DNA of 59,030 nt, counting the filler, from Sluysia triapertura (Eukaryota): the NCBI GenBank assembly GCA_046118255.1. It is 4 parts of 4 records of this genome, joined end to end, with 100 filler letters (N's around TTAATTAATTAA, not from the genome) between each part and the next. Parts side by side here need not be neighbours in the genome. Positions count along the whole stretch, not along the records: positions 29,567 to 47,096 come from JBJNIA010187722.1; positions 47,197 to 59,030 come from JBJNIA010165814.1; 2 more parts are not named here. One strand, written 5' to 3'. Positions within the stretch are counted from its first letter, which is position 1; each line of letters starts with the position of its first letter. Positions 39,617-53,612 of the stretch are shown here, one piece after another. Position numbers and translations under genes: made by a program. The notes below the pieces were generated by a model. The model saw only the letters and a program-made list of their open reading frames with translations, was not told where the DNA came from and made no database searches.

Positions 39617-41054
39617 ATTAGGTATTGCGCTGTTAATTAAAAATAACGTTAGCAGACTGCTATCACAATCGAGAAATAGCAGCTATTATTAAATAACAGC
39701 GACATGTTGCAAAAATATTAATATTTCACAGAAGTGAAATATATTAACAGACATAATATTACATTTTTGATATAAAGAATTAATATTTAATTTTGTTAAT
39801 TTTTATTTTTGCTAAATAATTAGAACTGTTGCTGTTGTTCATAATATTTAATTTATTTAATTTATAAGAAACAGAAAAATACATTTTGTTTATTTTATTT
39901 GATTTTTTATTAAGATTGGGGCGCAACTTAAAACCTTTGCGAAATTAGATCAAATGCTTGTACAAGATGAATCAGATGAAGACATACTATCGAAAGACAA
40001 GCCGTAAGCTTATTGTTTTAATATTGAAAGAAAGTGTTAAAAATTTATGAATAAATTTGTAACAATTTATTACATTAGCGAAGATGAAAATGATTTATGG
40101 ACATTATCGTGCATCATTATGTGAAGAATGTGAGACCCACAAACTTCATTAAAATTCATTTATGATTATATTGTATGCAATGTATACCAATGGATAGAAT
40201 CTCACGAACAGAGTCCAATAACATCAAGAATCTTAAACAATAATGAAAATACGAGTACTACTCCGAAACGCGATAATTTTACAAGATAACAGTCTGCCAG
40301 ATTTTAAACTCAAATAAAGTTTTTCGAAATAATATTGAAGATGGCCTCACCTCATCAAGTATTAGACGGATTAAGTTCATTCTATTACTTTATTGAATTT
40401 CTTATTAATATTAATAAAATACACAGTATCCTTTTTCACATTTTATAAATACATTTTGTAAAGAAAGTGTTACGTCTTTAATTAATGATTTATAACAATA
40501 ACTTAATAGCAAAATTAATTTAACTTGAAATCTTACTGATTTTAATAATTGTTAAAAATCTAATAGAAATTATCACAAAGAATTTACAAAAAAAATCAAT
40601 TTATTACTTTAATGATTCATTATTACTATTAAACCTAGTTTAATTCCTTCATTAAAATTTAAAACTTAATAAAATCAAAAGTCACAAATTTAATTATATT
40701 CGATATAACGTAAATAAGGGTGAATAATGTTATTATTTGTTATTATTATTACCAATTCGAAAATATTCAAAACTAACAATAATTTAAAATAAAATAAGAA
40801 AAATAAAAATAAAAAAATAACACAAATAAATGTTACTTTTTAGACCTATATCTCAACAATAATATTAATAATTTCGCCAATTAAATTAATCTGCATTCTC
40901 AATTTAGATAATCTTTTCTAAATAAAATATATTATGAAATTTAAAAAATTTATCGGCTTCCACCATCACAAATTAACATCGCATTACTTGTTGGGTTGAA
41001 ACGTCTTTTAGTTTTTCCTTTTATACTTTCTAATCAACCTATAAATCCTGAGTT

Positions 41055-41275
41055 TCACAATCAAACGCCCTCTCACACAAATTATCAAAACCTTTTTGAG
41101 AATTAGACAGACAATAACAACTTTGACGATTACATGGTACGGCCTGTCAAACTTTATTAGGTACAAAACACAAAAAATTGATTTATGATCATCTATTACT
41201 TTCTTCTACTCGATCTATTTTTACTTAAATTACTTCCCACATCAAAATAACAATCACCAGTATTATAATGAATTA
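41055..41275 (-). repeat. Dispersed coding-like repeat shared with ~51240-51430
   Basis: DNA similarity, plus conserved peptides LIKF(D/N)RPY(H/R)V.VK..IV..IL and NLCE..FDCE in both copies. Confidence 0.65.
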
Positions 41276-43598
41276 TGTCGGATTTAGGTAGGGGAAAATT
41301 TTCTGGTATTATGGCATGCATTCTCAGGACTAATAGGTATTTACATAAACATAATAATTTCATAAGTATTAGGAATTTATAAAAGGAAAATTACTATCTA
41401 AATTCTTGTTGCATCATTGTGCAACAAGTGTAAGTGTTTCATTGGGAAAGCTAAAAACTTACACTTACAAAAGAAAAACTGAAAGTTGAGTCCGCCTAAT
41501 ATACACGGTTTATATCAACGTGGAAGAAGTGCTATTAGGATTTTAAAGCAAACTGCATGAATATAAAATAAGTTACCTTTACTATGACTCTGTAAGAAAA
41601 TTATGCTATTTCCGTCGTAAAGTATAGAGTTAACAAAAATATATTATTTTTTTATTAATTGCAGAGTTTGCGTTTATATTAAACTAGTTGTATTACGATG
41701 TATTATTCAAAAAAGTCTATTTTGCACTAGCCTTTGTACGGTCTAATAATCTTCAAATAAATAATTTATCAATTTGAACTAGCCAGATACGGTCTCATGT
41801 TTCTCACTAAAATTATTTTATTAAAATAGAAATAAATATTTACGAAAAACTTTTAATATTAAATACCTTTAAAAGTAGTACACTTAAAACTAGCTGTACA
41901 AACAAAACACTTAAAAATAATTATAATAACAATAATACTTTTTAATTCCACTCAGTTAATTAATTCCATTGGTGTTTTTTATAATTTATGTTGTAAGTTG
42001 CTCTAGCCTGTTACGATCTAGACAAAATGGATTTTACGTCTTCCTCTCTTACAGAAAGACGACAAACTTATGAAATAAAAAATTACTTGTATAAAAAATT
42101 TTCTTGTCCATTTTTGTGTATCCTTTATCTGTAAGTATAACTCTGGACTTTTCTAAAATTTTTCTAGATATTTATACTAAATTTATAATCGCCATCTTAA
42201 TTAATCCAATTAAACAAATTCTAAACAATTTTTATTTATATTTAAATAAACAAGACCTAAATTAAAAATTTTTTAAATTAAAATTTAAATAAATTTTTTA
42301 AACTAAATTTAAAATTAATAAAGAATTTAAAATAAACTTAAAATTAATTATTTATCGTTTATTTTATTTTGGTTTATTTTAATTAAAATCCCTTCTTCCT
42401 TTATTTAATAATAAAAATAAAATATATAAATTCAAATAAAAAACAAAATACAGTGTTCATGAAACAATTGTATCCTGACCCTCAAGAAATTTATTTTATA
42501 TGATATTTGCAAATAATAACTATGATGATGCAAAAAGACTAATGGTAATTAAATAATTAATGGAAGAGAAGAATAATTTCAATTTTGATAAATACAGTGG
42601 CAGTAACATCATTAATAAGTGAATCTATTTTAGCTACTAAGAAATTTGATAGGAGTAACATGAGATAAAATCAACGCCGGATAATGCGGCGAGCAAGCCA
42701 TGCGACTGCCCGAGCGCCGATATAAAACATTCATTATTTTTAAAGATTTTATAAATTAAAATCGATCATTTTTCATGAGACATCGATTGTTTTAGTAAGC
42801 AATAATTTTTTTCTTTAATAATACCAAATAAAGGTCACAACGCTAAATATTTTTTGAGCAGGGTCCGGTTACAGTTAATGTCTTATGTCGTGAAGAGGGC
42901 ATTTCTGTAACTAACTGAGTTAATAATTTATCTAAATATAAATGCTATGTAGCTAGGATCTTAACAAGTATAATTTTATCAGAAAACTGTAATAATTTGT
43001 GCTTAAACCTTTAATAATTAAATGCAAAAATAGTTAATTTTAATTTTAAAATACAAAATTCTAACAATAATAGTAGTAAGACAAAAGAATATAAAAATAA
43101 TTATTTTATGGATTAAAACACCGAAAGCGCTTAATCTAATACTCAAATAATTTAAGTTGATATTATCCCTCAATATATCGGGGACTTAAAAAATTTATAA
43201 ATAATTAGAAATTTAAGTATATTTTAAAATTTCAACTTCTAACATTGGAGTTGACCTTATAAACATATAATTTACCAATGAATGGATTTCCTGTTATTAT
43301 TATTATTATCATCATCAATTTTAGTATTAATATTATTACATTAAATTTTAAACAATTATCGTACTGTGACAATAGCTGTCAAATTTTGTTGTAACTAAGC
43401 TTTTTAGATGTACACAACTAATTAAAATGTTGACATTTAATTAGAGCAATTATTGGAGAGCCACTAAAATTGTAATTTAAATTACGACAAGATTAATTGG
43501 CTTTCAGTTAATTAAAAACAACACAATTTTCAGTCTCAATTTTATTTATGGTAAAAGATTTTCGAATTTTAAGTACTCTCATCAAAGCATTTTATTAG

Positions 43599-43777
43599 CT
43601 ATTTTTCCTCAGCGATCTGTAACTGAGACTGATTACACATTAATGTTTTACGAAGTTGAACTATGGCAATTATATTCAGCAGCTACACGAAATATGTTTA
43701 TGATTGACGCTAAATTAGTTGAAGAATTAGATAGATGTGCAGTGTTATTAGAGGAACGATCATTAAGTCATAAAATT
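43599..43777 (+). CDS. Candidate orphan coding exon, unknown product
   Basis: TTATTAG acceptor and GTAAAT donor. Stop-free frame IFPQRSVTETDYTLMFYEVELWQLYSAATRNMFMIDAKLVEELDRCAVLLEERSLSHKI with protein-like composition. Confidence 0.4.
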
Positions 43778-44879
43778 GTAAATGCTACATACAAAACATA
43801 CAAATGCTACGTACATTGAATTGACACACTTATGCTACATTGTGACTTGAACTTTATTGATTATTGATATTGAGTGTATTGAAATAATTTATTGAATCTA
43901 TTGAATGATTTATTGTTATTTTTAAAAAGGAATTAATCAAAAAGTAAGATTTTATCAATTATTTTCCATAAAATTATAAATTTGTTTTAGTCGGACCAAG
44001 GTCATCAGTGACAGGAATCAAATTTAAGAAATTTTGATTTTTTTCTATCATATTAATTACGTTAGTTTATTTTTATAAGGAATTGATATCCTCGCAAAAT
44101 CTCACGTAATTTATATTTGTAATTAATTTGAATCTTATAATCATTGAAAAATAAAGAATTGATTAATTCTACTGTAACATTGTATATTTTATTATTATAT
44201 AATTTCTTTTTATATGTGAAATTTTATTATAAATAATAAACCTTGAGTTAAATTCGTTGTTTTTGAATTATAATAGTCTCAACTATAAAATCATTAGTTA
44301 ATTAGATTTTGTTAGAGTTTAATTCTAACAATGTAAACTAATTATTCCGATCCTGTTTCAAAGGATCATCGAAAAATCATATTTAAAACTCTTGAGAAAA
44401 TTTTATAAACTGTTACTATTGAGTTGATTTTTATAGTTAGATATTTCAAATATTTGGCATAACTTTGAGATTATCTAAATTTTATTGACCTCCAATACTC
44501 TTACTTTACAAACCCAACGACTGGCTCTCTCTGGTACGTCCGGTACGTTGGTGAACTCACAATTTTAATTCAGCTTTTATTCTATTACACGCTTTTCTCA
44601 CAAAATGATAGATACAACCGAATTATGGTATTTTATATTCGTCAGCTATCCGATATCATTCACATAAGTGGCTTTTTAAATGTGAACAACATACAGGAAG
44701 TGGTGGTTCAATTCCAAAAACAGACAAACATTTTATTCGATAAGTCAAGTACGATCTTTTAATTTTTATTCTTATTTCTCTTTATTTATTCTTTATTTCT
44801 CTTTATTTGACATTTTAAATGATTTAATATGGTTGTGATGACAACCTAACACTAAATGCAAGATCAAATTGATACAAAG

Positions 44880-45005
44880 GTTGTGCTGCATCGTCAGTAC
44901 TGTTATTTAAGAAAAAAGATGAAACTATGGGATTTTGTATTAATTTTCGAGAATTGAATGAAGTTACCAAGAATTGCCACATTTTCCACCACTATAGATC
45001 CAATT
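44880..45005 (+). mobile_element. Ty3/gypsy RT N-terminal fragment
   Basis: AASSVLLFKKKDETMGFCINFRELNEVTKN matches ASPVVLVKKKDGT.RFC.DYR.LN.VT. Confidence 0.7.
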
Positions 45006-45213
45006 ATTGAGCAACAACATTGAGTAGTTGCCCGAGCCACAACTTGGTCTTGATAAATCTTGTCTTCTCCGAGCCATTGATATTAATTTTATGAACTTTA
45101 ACATTTTGTAGTTTTACTTAACTCCCAACCTATAAATATTTAAAAAAAAATTATTATTTTCATTATATTATTAGAAAAATCAATTATTTCTGCATCGTTT
45201 TTTATGATCATGA

Positions 45214-45267
<54 letters not shown>

Positions 45268-46904
45268 CAAAAAATTATTATAATTATTATATCTATTGTA
45301 TTTTTGCTGCATCACATTTATCAGGCTTTTTTCAATGTTTAAATGTTTAAAATAGCGAATCGATTCTAAAAATAACACAAGACTTTCTAAAATTAACTTT
45401 CAAAAAAATTATTGTTTCATTTTTTTCCCAAAAATATACTATTTATTAATGTAATCAATTAATCTAATTAAAATTTAATTATAAAACTTGTATTGATTAA
45501 AATTAAAATTATATTATATAAATTATTACTCAAAATTCAATAAAATAATAATTAAAATTAAAATAATCGATGATGGTTTTTTTGTCTATTTAAATAAAAA
45601 TTCAACATGAACAAAAGTTATATATCTTAATATTAAAATTTTTAAAAAAATTATTTTTGAACAAAGTTTTACTACTTACTATGAAACATAGTACATTTTT
45701 GCATAAAAATTACATATTTGAAATCAAATCAAAAATGCATTATTGTCTTAGCATAGTATTTCTTATCAAATTACAAAAATGGTTATTGTTATTATTATTA
45801 TTGTTGTTGTTATTGTTATTATTATTATTATTGTTGTTGTTGTTATTGTTTGTTATAGTATACGTATTTAATTTTATACTTTGTTTAAATCAACCATTGC
45901 TATAGCGACTATTCAATTATTTCCAAGTGTACACAAACAACAAAACCTATTGTCTCCTTTTGCTATCTATTTTCTTTTATATATAACAGTTAATTAATAT
46001 TTAATTTCACATTCTAACATAATAAACTTGTGTAGAAATGATTTTGGCGCTTAAATCTGATGAAAAATAATAAGCATGATAATTTAATAATCATATAATT
46101 TTTATATGTATAAAATTTTTTTGTAAATTTTATTATTTTTTCGATAAGGAACAAATTAAATTATGATTTAATTAAATTAAATTAGCTACGCGTTACTTTC
46201 ATCGTCTGGATACGTATGCATATTAAACAATATCGTATTACGTAGTTAGGCCAAGATAACATTTCGAATTATTGGTTATTAATTGAATAAATAATTAATT
46301 TAAATAATTATTTATGTGCGTTTTTAGAAATATTCAATAGGATAATAGAATCAAATTGTGGGATTCGACAGTTATTCAGGGGATAAAGCACTTGTAATAT
46401 TTATAGAACTGTTCAAATGACAATCATTTAGGAATAAAGGATTTCTGATGAGGATATGAAACTAATTTTAGACAATTTTATTACAATTCGTGGATTTTGA
46501 TTGATAAATATGATAGAACAAATTATGTAAGAAGAATAGTGATAATAATGAAATAATAATAATGACAATAATAATAATAATAATAAAAAATAGTAAAATA
46601 ACAATTTTATATTTATTCAAAATTTTCAATTATGAAAGATATAATGATATGAGCAACAGAGATAAAATATAGGACCAGTTTTATCTCAGCATAATCCATA
46701 TGTTATTCATCATCAGCATCATCATCATCATCATTTTCCTCTGCTTCGTCTTCACTTTCACTACACCCATGAGAAACCACACCGTATATTATGATTTTAT
46801 AATTTAATAATTATTATAATGATAATAATAATATAAATAATAATGATAATATCCGTTAAAACAAAAGTGATATAACGATTATATTAGTAATGTAGTCAGT
46901 TTTA

Positions 46905-46971
<67 letters not shown>

Positions 46972-47096
46972 GTAATTATTGTAATTATTAATATTGTAAT
47001 AATAATTAATCAAAGAAAATTGGAAAGATTTTGAAAAAACTTCATATACTATTCAAAAATCAGTAAATGAATAAAGCACAAATAGATATTTTGAAA

Positions 47097-47196
47097 NNNN
47101 NNNNNNNNNNNNNNNNNNNNNNNNNNNNNNNNNNNNNNNNTTAATTAATTAANNNNNNNNNNNNNNNNNNNNNNNNNNNNNNNNNNNNNNNNNNNN
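47097..47196. other. Artificial contig spacer
   Basis: 44N-TTAATTAATTAA-44N. Confidence 0.95.
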
Positions 47197-47689
47197 GGAA
47201 TAACATTAAATAAACATTATATTTTGGCTATAACAAAATATTTACATTTTTAAATATTCATAGAAAATGGGAAAAATAATAAAAATCCAAAATTAATAAT
47301 AGCTCTTTATAAAGTAAATTTTTTGGGTTTTATTCTGCAATTATTACAATGCTTAAACCTAAATTTCCATTTTAATTATTAAAAAATCATTGTTTTATTA
47401 ATGTTAATTTTTTGTCATAAATTCGTCATTAATTTAAAATATAAATCATTTAGACGAATATAATGAAATAATTATCTAATCACAATATCGTCTTTAGATC
47501 ATTTAATAGCTAAAATAAAAGAAAAATCTATAATAATGAACAGTTAGTTTTTGATCGATAAATTATATGCAACATAAATCAGATAATAATTCATGATTGG
47601 TTCGATTTAATTTTTAGAGAAACTAGATTTTATAAAGACTACAGTTGATTCAAATTTATAATAACTAAGACAGTATTTGTACCTTTAGT

Positions 47690-48240
47690 TGAAAATTTTA
47701 TTTTGAGTTTTATGAAGATAAAAGTTTTATAATACACTTAGAAAATAAATATAATTATTAATTGTATTGTTAAAAGGCTTAAATATCAATTAAATAAAAT
47801 ATCAAATATTCGAAAATTTATTAATAAAGAAGGAGCTAAACTAATAGTTCATTCATTGATAACTAAGAACAGGTTTTAACAATGGTACATTGAACTCAAT
47901 TTCATTTAAAAAAGTGAAAAAATTACAATTAATAATTAAATAAGCAGCAAGACTAATTTTCAAAGTTGGAAGAAGATCTCATGTAACACCGTATCTTAAG
48001 GAATTACATTAAATAAAAGCAAGAGTAGAATTCAAAAGCATGACAATAATTTACAAATGCTTATATTACGGAAGTACTGAATATCTCATAGAAATAATAA
48101 CAACTTTGGGAACTAAGATTAATAATTCATTGAGTCATAATAATCTATACAGAATCCACAGTGATAACAAACTAAGTGATAGGTTGCATACCGTTTATGT
48201 TCAGCTAGTTATATAACCCGTTACCAGAGAATGTCAAATT
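47690..48240 (+). mobile_element. L2/CR1-group LINE 3' remnant
   Basis: AKLIVHSLIT...KKLQLIIK*AARLIFKVGRRSHVTPYLKELH*IKARVEFKSMTIIYKCL. Confidence 0.8.
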
Positions 48241-49367
48241 AGTGGAAGATTATGAAATATTGAAGAAAAAGTATAATAAAAAATCACTATTATCATTTTA
48301 AATTATATTTTATTATCAAAATGTCAATTGTTAACTTTAATACAAATCAAATATTTTTTACTCCTACACTTTCGAGTATTGCTTGCTTGCTATAAGTAGA
48401 TAATTTCCTTTATCTTTTGTGATTAAAACAAACGTTTTGCTCATATGAATATATTAATTTTATCACAATTTTTTAAATTGATTAAATTTTTATCGGAAAA
48501 TAAATGCTGTCTAAATATGATAATAAATTCAATAATAAGTTGAATTATGATTTATGTCGGGGCCGATTATTCTTTTTTTAATTTCACAGTCTTCCCATTT
48601 TAATTGCTAATTAACGCATTAATAACGATGTTTAATTTTTAGAAATTTAACATTTTTATTGCTTATTGATTTGGTAGATGTCCGTGTAGTTAATGTGTCA
48701 ATTTGAATGATATAAAGGATGAGAACGTTAATGCAGTTTTAGATCCAATGAAACAAATTAGTATAATCAAGATTATTAGTATAATGAGATTATTAGTCGA
48801 AACTTTTTTGTATTATACAAATTATGGTAAAGAAATTTATATATTGTCTGCTTGCAGTGTAATTTCGTAATGTACCTCGCCGACTGCCGAAAGTACCAAC
48901 TTTTATTGAATAAAACACTAAATTCGTTCGTCTTTAGTTATGATAAACTTATTTTTAATGTAATCTTAAGGTATTTTAAAATAAAATTTAATCAATATTG
49001 TAAACTGTACGTTAAAATTGTTATAATAATGTAAAATTTTATAGATATTATGTTTGACCTAATAATTGATTCAGATTCAAATTTTTCGTTTGATATAACG
49101 TCTAAATTTAAATTAAATTTTAAATTTCATGTAATAATCAGTTCTGATTTAATAATATCTATTAACGAATATCGGACTTCAAAATGTACATAAAGTTGCA
49201 GAATTTGAACTACCAGAAATAATTCTTGACTTATCAAATGAAGAGCAGCATATTATGTGAAAAAATATTATGCAGAATCATCTTGGAATAATAGAATTTC
49301 ATCTTTTCTTTGATTTGAATATCGACGAAAATTATGCACTTTTTGAACTTCAAGTAGTTATTAGAAT

Positions 49368-49523
49368 TGTTAGATTTTGTAAAATGGACTGACCGAGATT
49401 GAACCCGGGATCTCTCACTGCATCGTTCGATACTCTACTCACTGAGCTATCAGCCCCGTCTAACAATCTTTAGATTACTATATTCAAATATACCAAATGA
49501 CACCTTAGGTACTATTTTCGACA
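49368..49523 (-). mobile_element. tRNA-containing TG...CA repeat (copy 2)
   Basis: Minus strand TGTCGAAAATAGTACCTAAGGTGTC...TGTTAGACGGGGCTGATAGCTCAGTGAGTAGAG...CCCGGGTTCAATCTCGGTCAGTCCATTTTACAAAATCTAACA. Confidence 0.75.
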
Positions 49524-52500
49524 TTTCAATAAAATTAGCGTTTTATTATTTTAATAATTATATTCATTATATTTCATGCTACATTTTTTCAAATCGATGG
49601 CGAATTTTCTTTCGTGTTGACAATGTTATTCTTCTTCCAAAGACAAAGAATAGTACAAAAGAAAGTTTTAGATTCGGATTAATAGAAGAAAATGGAAAGT
49701 ACTTCGAATTTTAAATGCATATTAATTTCTTGTGAACCTATTTGCATTTTTAAATCAAAAACACAAATTTTTATCACTGACGTTTATAATTCTTTCATTT
49801 TTACTCAATAATACCGTTACATTTATTATTGAACTAACTATACATTTTGAGTAAATAGTAAGCCAATTTATTGATTGATATTCATAACTAAGACAAAACA
49901 GAATATTTAATATGTATGATATAATTATTAATAATAAACTAATTTATTATTTAACTGAATAATAATAATTAATATGAATTAAATTTCATCTGAAAATAAC
50001 CAATAACAATTTACTTTAAAATGCTTTAATCATTATAAATTTTACAATAATTATAATTATATAGAAAATGAATTTTTTGAAAAATCCTAAAATTTTTAAA
50101 AATTTGATAACACAATAGTATAAATAAATAAATATTTGTCAGTTTAGTATTCACTAAAGCAAGAAAATCAATTTTTGTGAAGTTATACATTATAATTTGA
50201 AAGCTTTCTGTAAAATTAAGTGTTTGGCTGTTGTTTTCTAGAAAATTTGGTTCATAAAGTGTACAAAAGATTAATTCAGAATATATTGTTCAAAGGATAA
50301 TAATAATGTAGTCATAATATAATAATAATAGTAATAAAGTGATAGTAATAGTAATAATAATAATTTTCAAGTTATGTATCTTAATGAGTTTAATTAATTA
50401 TTAATAAAGGTATCATTGGTAATGAACTTATTTAATATTTCTGAAGTCAGTTAAATCTAAAAATATCAGCTACACAAAACTAATTTATGAAGTGAAAAAT
50501 ATTACCAAAACTTGTTAGCAATATTGGGTCTTTAATATTATTAACAATAAGTCATTAAGTGCTCAATTTACTAATAGAATCTCAATAAATTTAATAATTA
50601 TAAAGTCAAAAGCAAATGATCACAAATTTTCTTATGTTAACAATGATGTTTATTAAAGCTTAAATGCTACGTTTTGCAATTCAAATTAATAATAACAAAT
50701 CAATAATTTAATAAAGACAAAATCAAATACAAATTATTACAATCAGTTTTTACTTTAACAAATGAATTAAATAAAAATGAATAAATATCAAAATATTAAG
50801 AACACGATAATCTATCTAAAAAACCAGAGATGAGGCAACATACACAATTAAAAATTCATTTACTATTTTCAAAAAAAGTGATCCTCAGAAAGAATTTTAA
50901 AAGGGAACTTTCAAAAAAATGATTTTAAATAAATAAATAGGAGATTTCTTTAAAAAGTATTTATTAAAAAAATACGCGGATTCCATTTGCAATGATAAAT
51001 AAATAACATAGTTTTAGCAAAACAAAATTTAATTTATATTTATTTATAATTTTAATGATATTTTAATTTTAATGATAAAAAATGATATTGCATATTGAAA
51101 AAAATATATTATAAATAAAAAATTTTACCATATCATGGAATCAGCACTGGAACTCTGCTTGGTAATGAGGTTGATATTCTTCTGAGTGCAAAATTTCCAA
51201 ATACTCGTTTTATACTTTTTTATTATCCAATTAAATATTCACAATCAAACATTGTCTCACACAAATTATTCCTACATTCTTTGAGAATTATACCGACAAT
51301 AATAAGTTTGACAGTTACACGGTAAGGTCTGTTAAACTTTATCAGATCATCTATTATTTTCTATTATTTTTCTCTTTTGGATATATTTTTACTTAATATT
51401 ACTTCTCACATTAAAGAAACAATCGCCAATATTATTAACATACATAAAAATAATGAATTTAATTTTAGTTTCTAGAATTTAAGTGATTTTAAGTTTTTAC
51501 ACCAAATTTTCTAATGAAAAAAATGTTTAAGGTTCTTATTCTTAAGCAAACCGCTCTACAGATATTTCAGGATCAGTTCTAGATTCTCCTCTTTCATAGC
51601 ACTCATCTAATATTCTATTCATTATCTTTTCATCATTCTAAGTATAAAAATTCAACATTCCATAATTAAAAATTAATTAAAATTTAACTTTCCTCAATAT
51701 TAAGGCTTTCCCTACATGAACTCGGTCAAACCATACCTTCATCGAAAGTTCTTTTTAAAATAAATACATACACATTTTCAAATTTAACATAAAATTCCAC
51801 ATCCAAGCGATATTCACAAAAAACGTACTTTTTCTTAATTAAGATTTTAATTAATAAATCTACTTTTAGACTTTATTTTATTTTATGTTTAAAGGTTCGA
51901 TTAAGGTTCTAAAATTATTTATTACTTTATAAAGCATTTAGGAGACTCTAGATGCTTTCACCTTCACCACTCTGATTCTTTTTTCTACTTCTTTATATTA
52001 ATTATCAATGTATCAAACTTATTTTTAATATTAGCAACAATTATTTCTCAACTATCTTAAAGACCTAAACTACAAGTTTACTCAAAGATCTTAAATGCTT
52101 ATCAAGATCTTATCAAGTCTACTTATAGATCGATAATGTCTTAGTTATCTCAAATTCACAAGTACAAAGGTATCTTAAAACTTCTAAAGGTTTTTTAAAC
52201 CTATCTCAAGCTTCCGCAAGGTTTTTGAAACTCAAGGCATTCTTCACCCGTTATTATGACCATACACGTTTTTTTCAACATTTTTCTTCCATCTATACTT
52301 TACTAAACTCTAACCATCATTTTTTATCACTTTTGTATCATGTTTTCAATTTCACATCTTCCTCAGTCATCTCTTATTCCACAGAGATCAAAACTTTAAT
52401 ATCTTCAACATCTATTCATTATTTTTCACTAATTTTATAGAAGTTATAGGAATAGTAATAACGAACTAAAATTTGTTGTAAAATTTTAATTATGTATTTG

Positions 52501-53277
52501 TTTTATTGAATAAAGTATTATTCGCGGTACATATTACGTTGATTCAAAAATAGAAATAACAACATGTGAAATATTATAATACATATCTAGTCATACCTAA
52601 TTATTTATTGCAGCGGTGAGGTGAAGGTAGACAAGTTTATCGAAATTAATTAATTCTAAATAATTTCAAAGAATTAGGCATGTTTATTTATGATTGAATA
52701 ATTTTGATAATAAGAGCAGTTATTCGAATAGTGACTTGCAAGCAAAAGTTATCATATCATTAAACTGACTGTGCAATTCGAAAAGTAATTTAGCGATAGT
52801 CATTATTATGTGTGATAAATTTATAAAATGTGTTAATATTGTAATTGTTCAGCACTTTTGTATCCTTGATAACAACACATATTTTTCCGTTTAATAGATA
52901 ATGTTGTATCGTAATTTATAAGCCTAAAGTTATCTTTCAAAAGGACTTTCTTTATGTCGAAAGTTATAATTAATGATGCATAAATTTCAATCAAATGTAG
53001 ATAAAAATAATTCTAAATGTAGCATAATATAATGAATATTTGAAAATAACTGAAAAAGTATGAATTCATAACTTTCAGTAATAGAAATAACCACAATGAT
53101 AAAATAAATGAGATGCTAAAATAAATAATAAGGTACGAGACACGAAAGTAAGATGTTGCATGGATTGAAAAATTAACATGGAAGAAAATAATAACTGTAC
53201 ATACATATTAAAGAGAACAACAAACTAATACTTCGTTCATTGGTACTAAATTAGGTATGTAAAATTTGCGAAAATTA

Positions 53278-53612
53278 CCGTATTTTCTTGTATATAATCC
53301 GCACTTAATATATAGCTCCCATTATAAAAATCAACTTTTTCAACAATCAATATATATATTGTTTAATGTTTTTTGAACAAAAAAATCTTTGATATCACCA
53401 AATAAATATAAATTTAATTACTATTTAAAGGTTTCTTTTTAAATTATATTGTTTTTGGTTGTAGACAACATTCGATTCATTGGAAAATTAATATTTCTTT
53501 AGGATCAATAAAATAAATTTCTAAACTATTGATGTACAACCCGCACCACAAAAATACACTTTTTTCAATGTATATCCCGCGGGCTATAGGCAAGAAAATA
53601 GAATAAATACGG
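53278..53612. mobile_element. pogo/Tigger-like MITE
   Basis: TA|CCGTATTTTCTTG ... CAAGAAAATA(GAATAAATA)CGG|TA inverted ends with TA target duplication. Confidence 0.6.

Noticed and set aside
46436-46480. Minimal hammerhead (CTGATGA-ggatat-GAAAC)
   Set aside because: Stem II does not pair and there is no NUH cleavage triplet after stem III.
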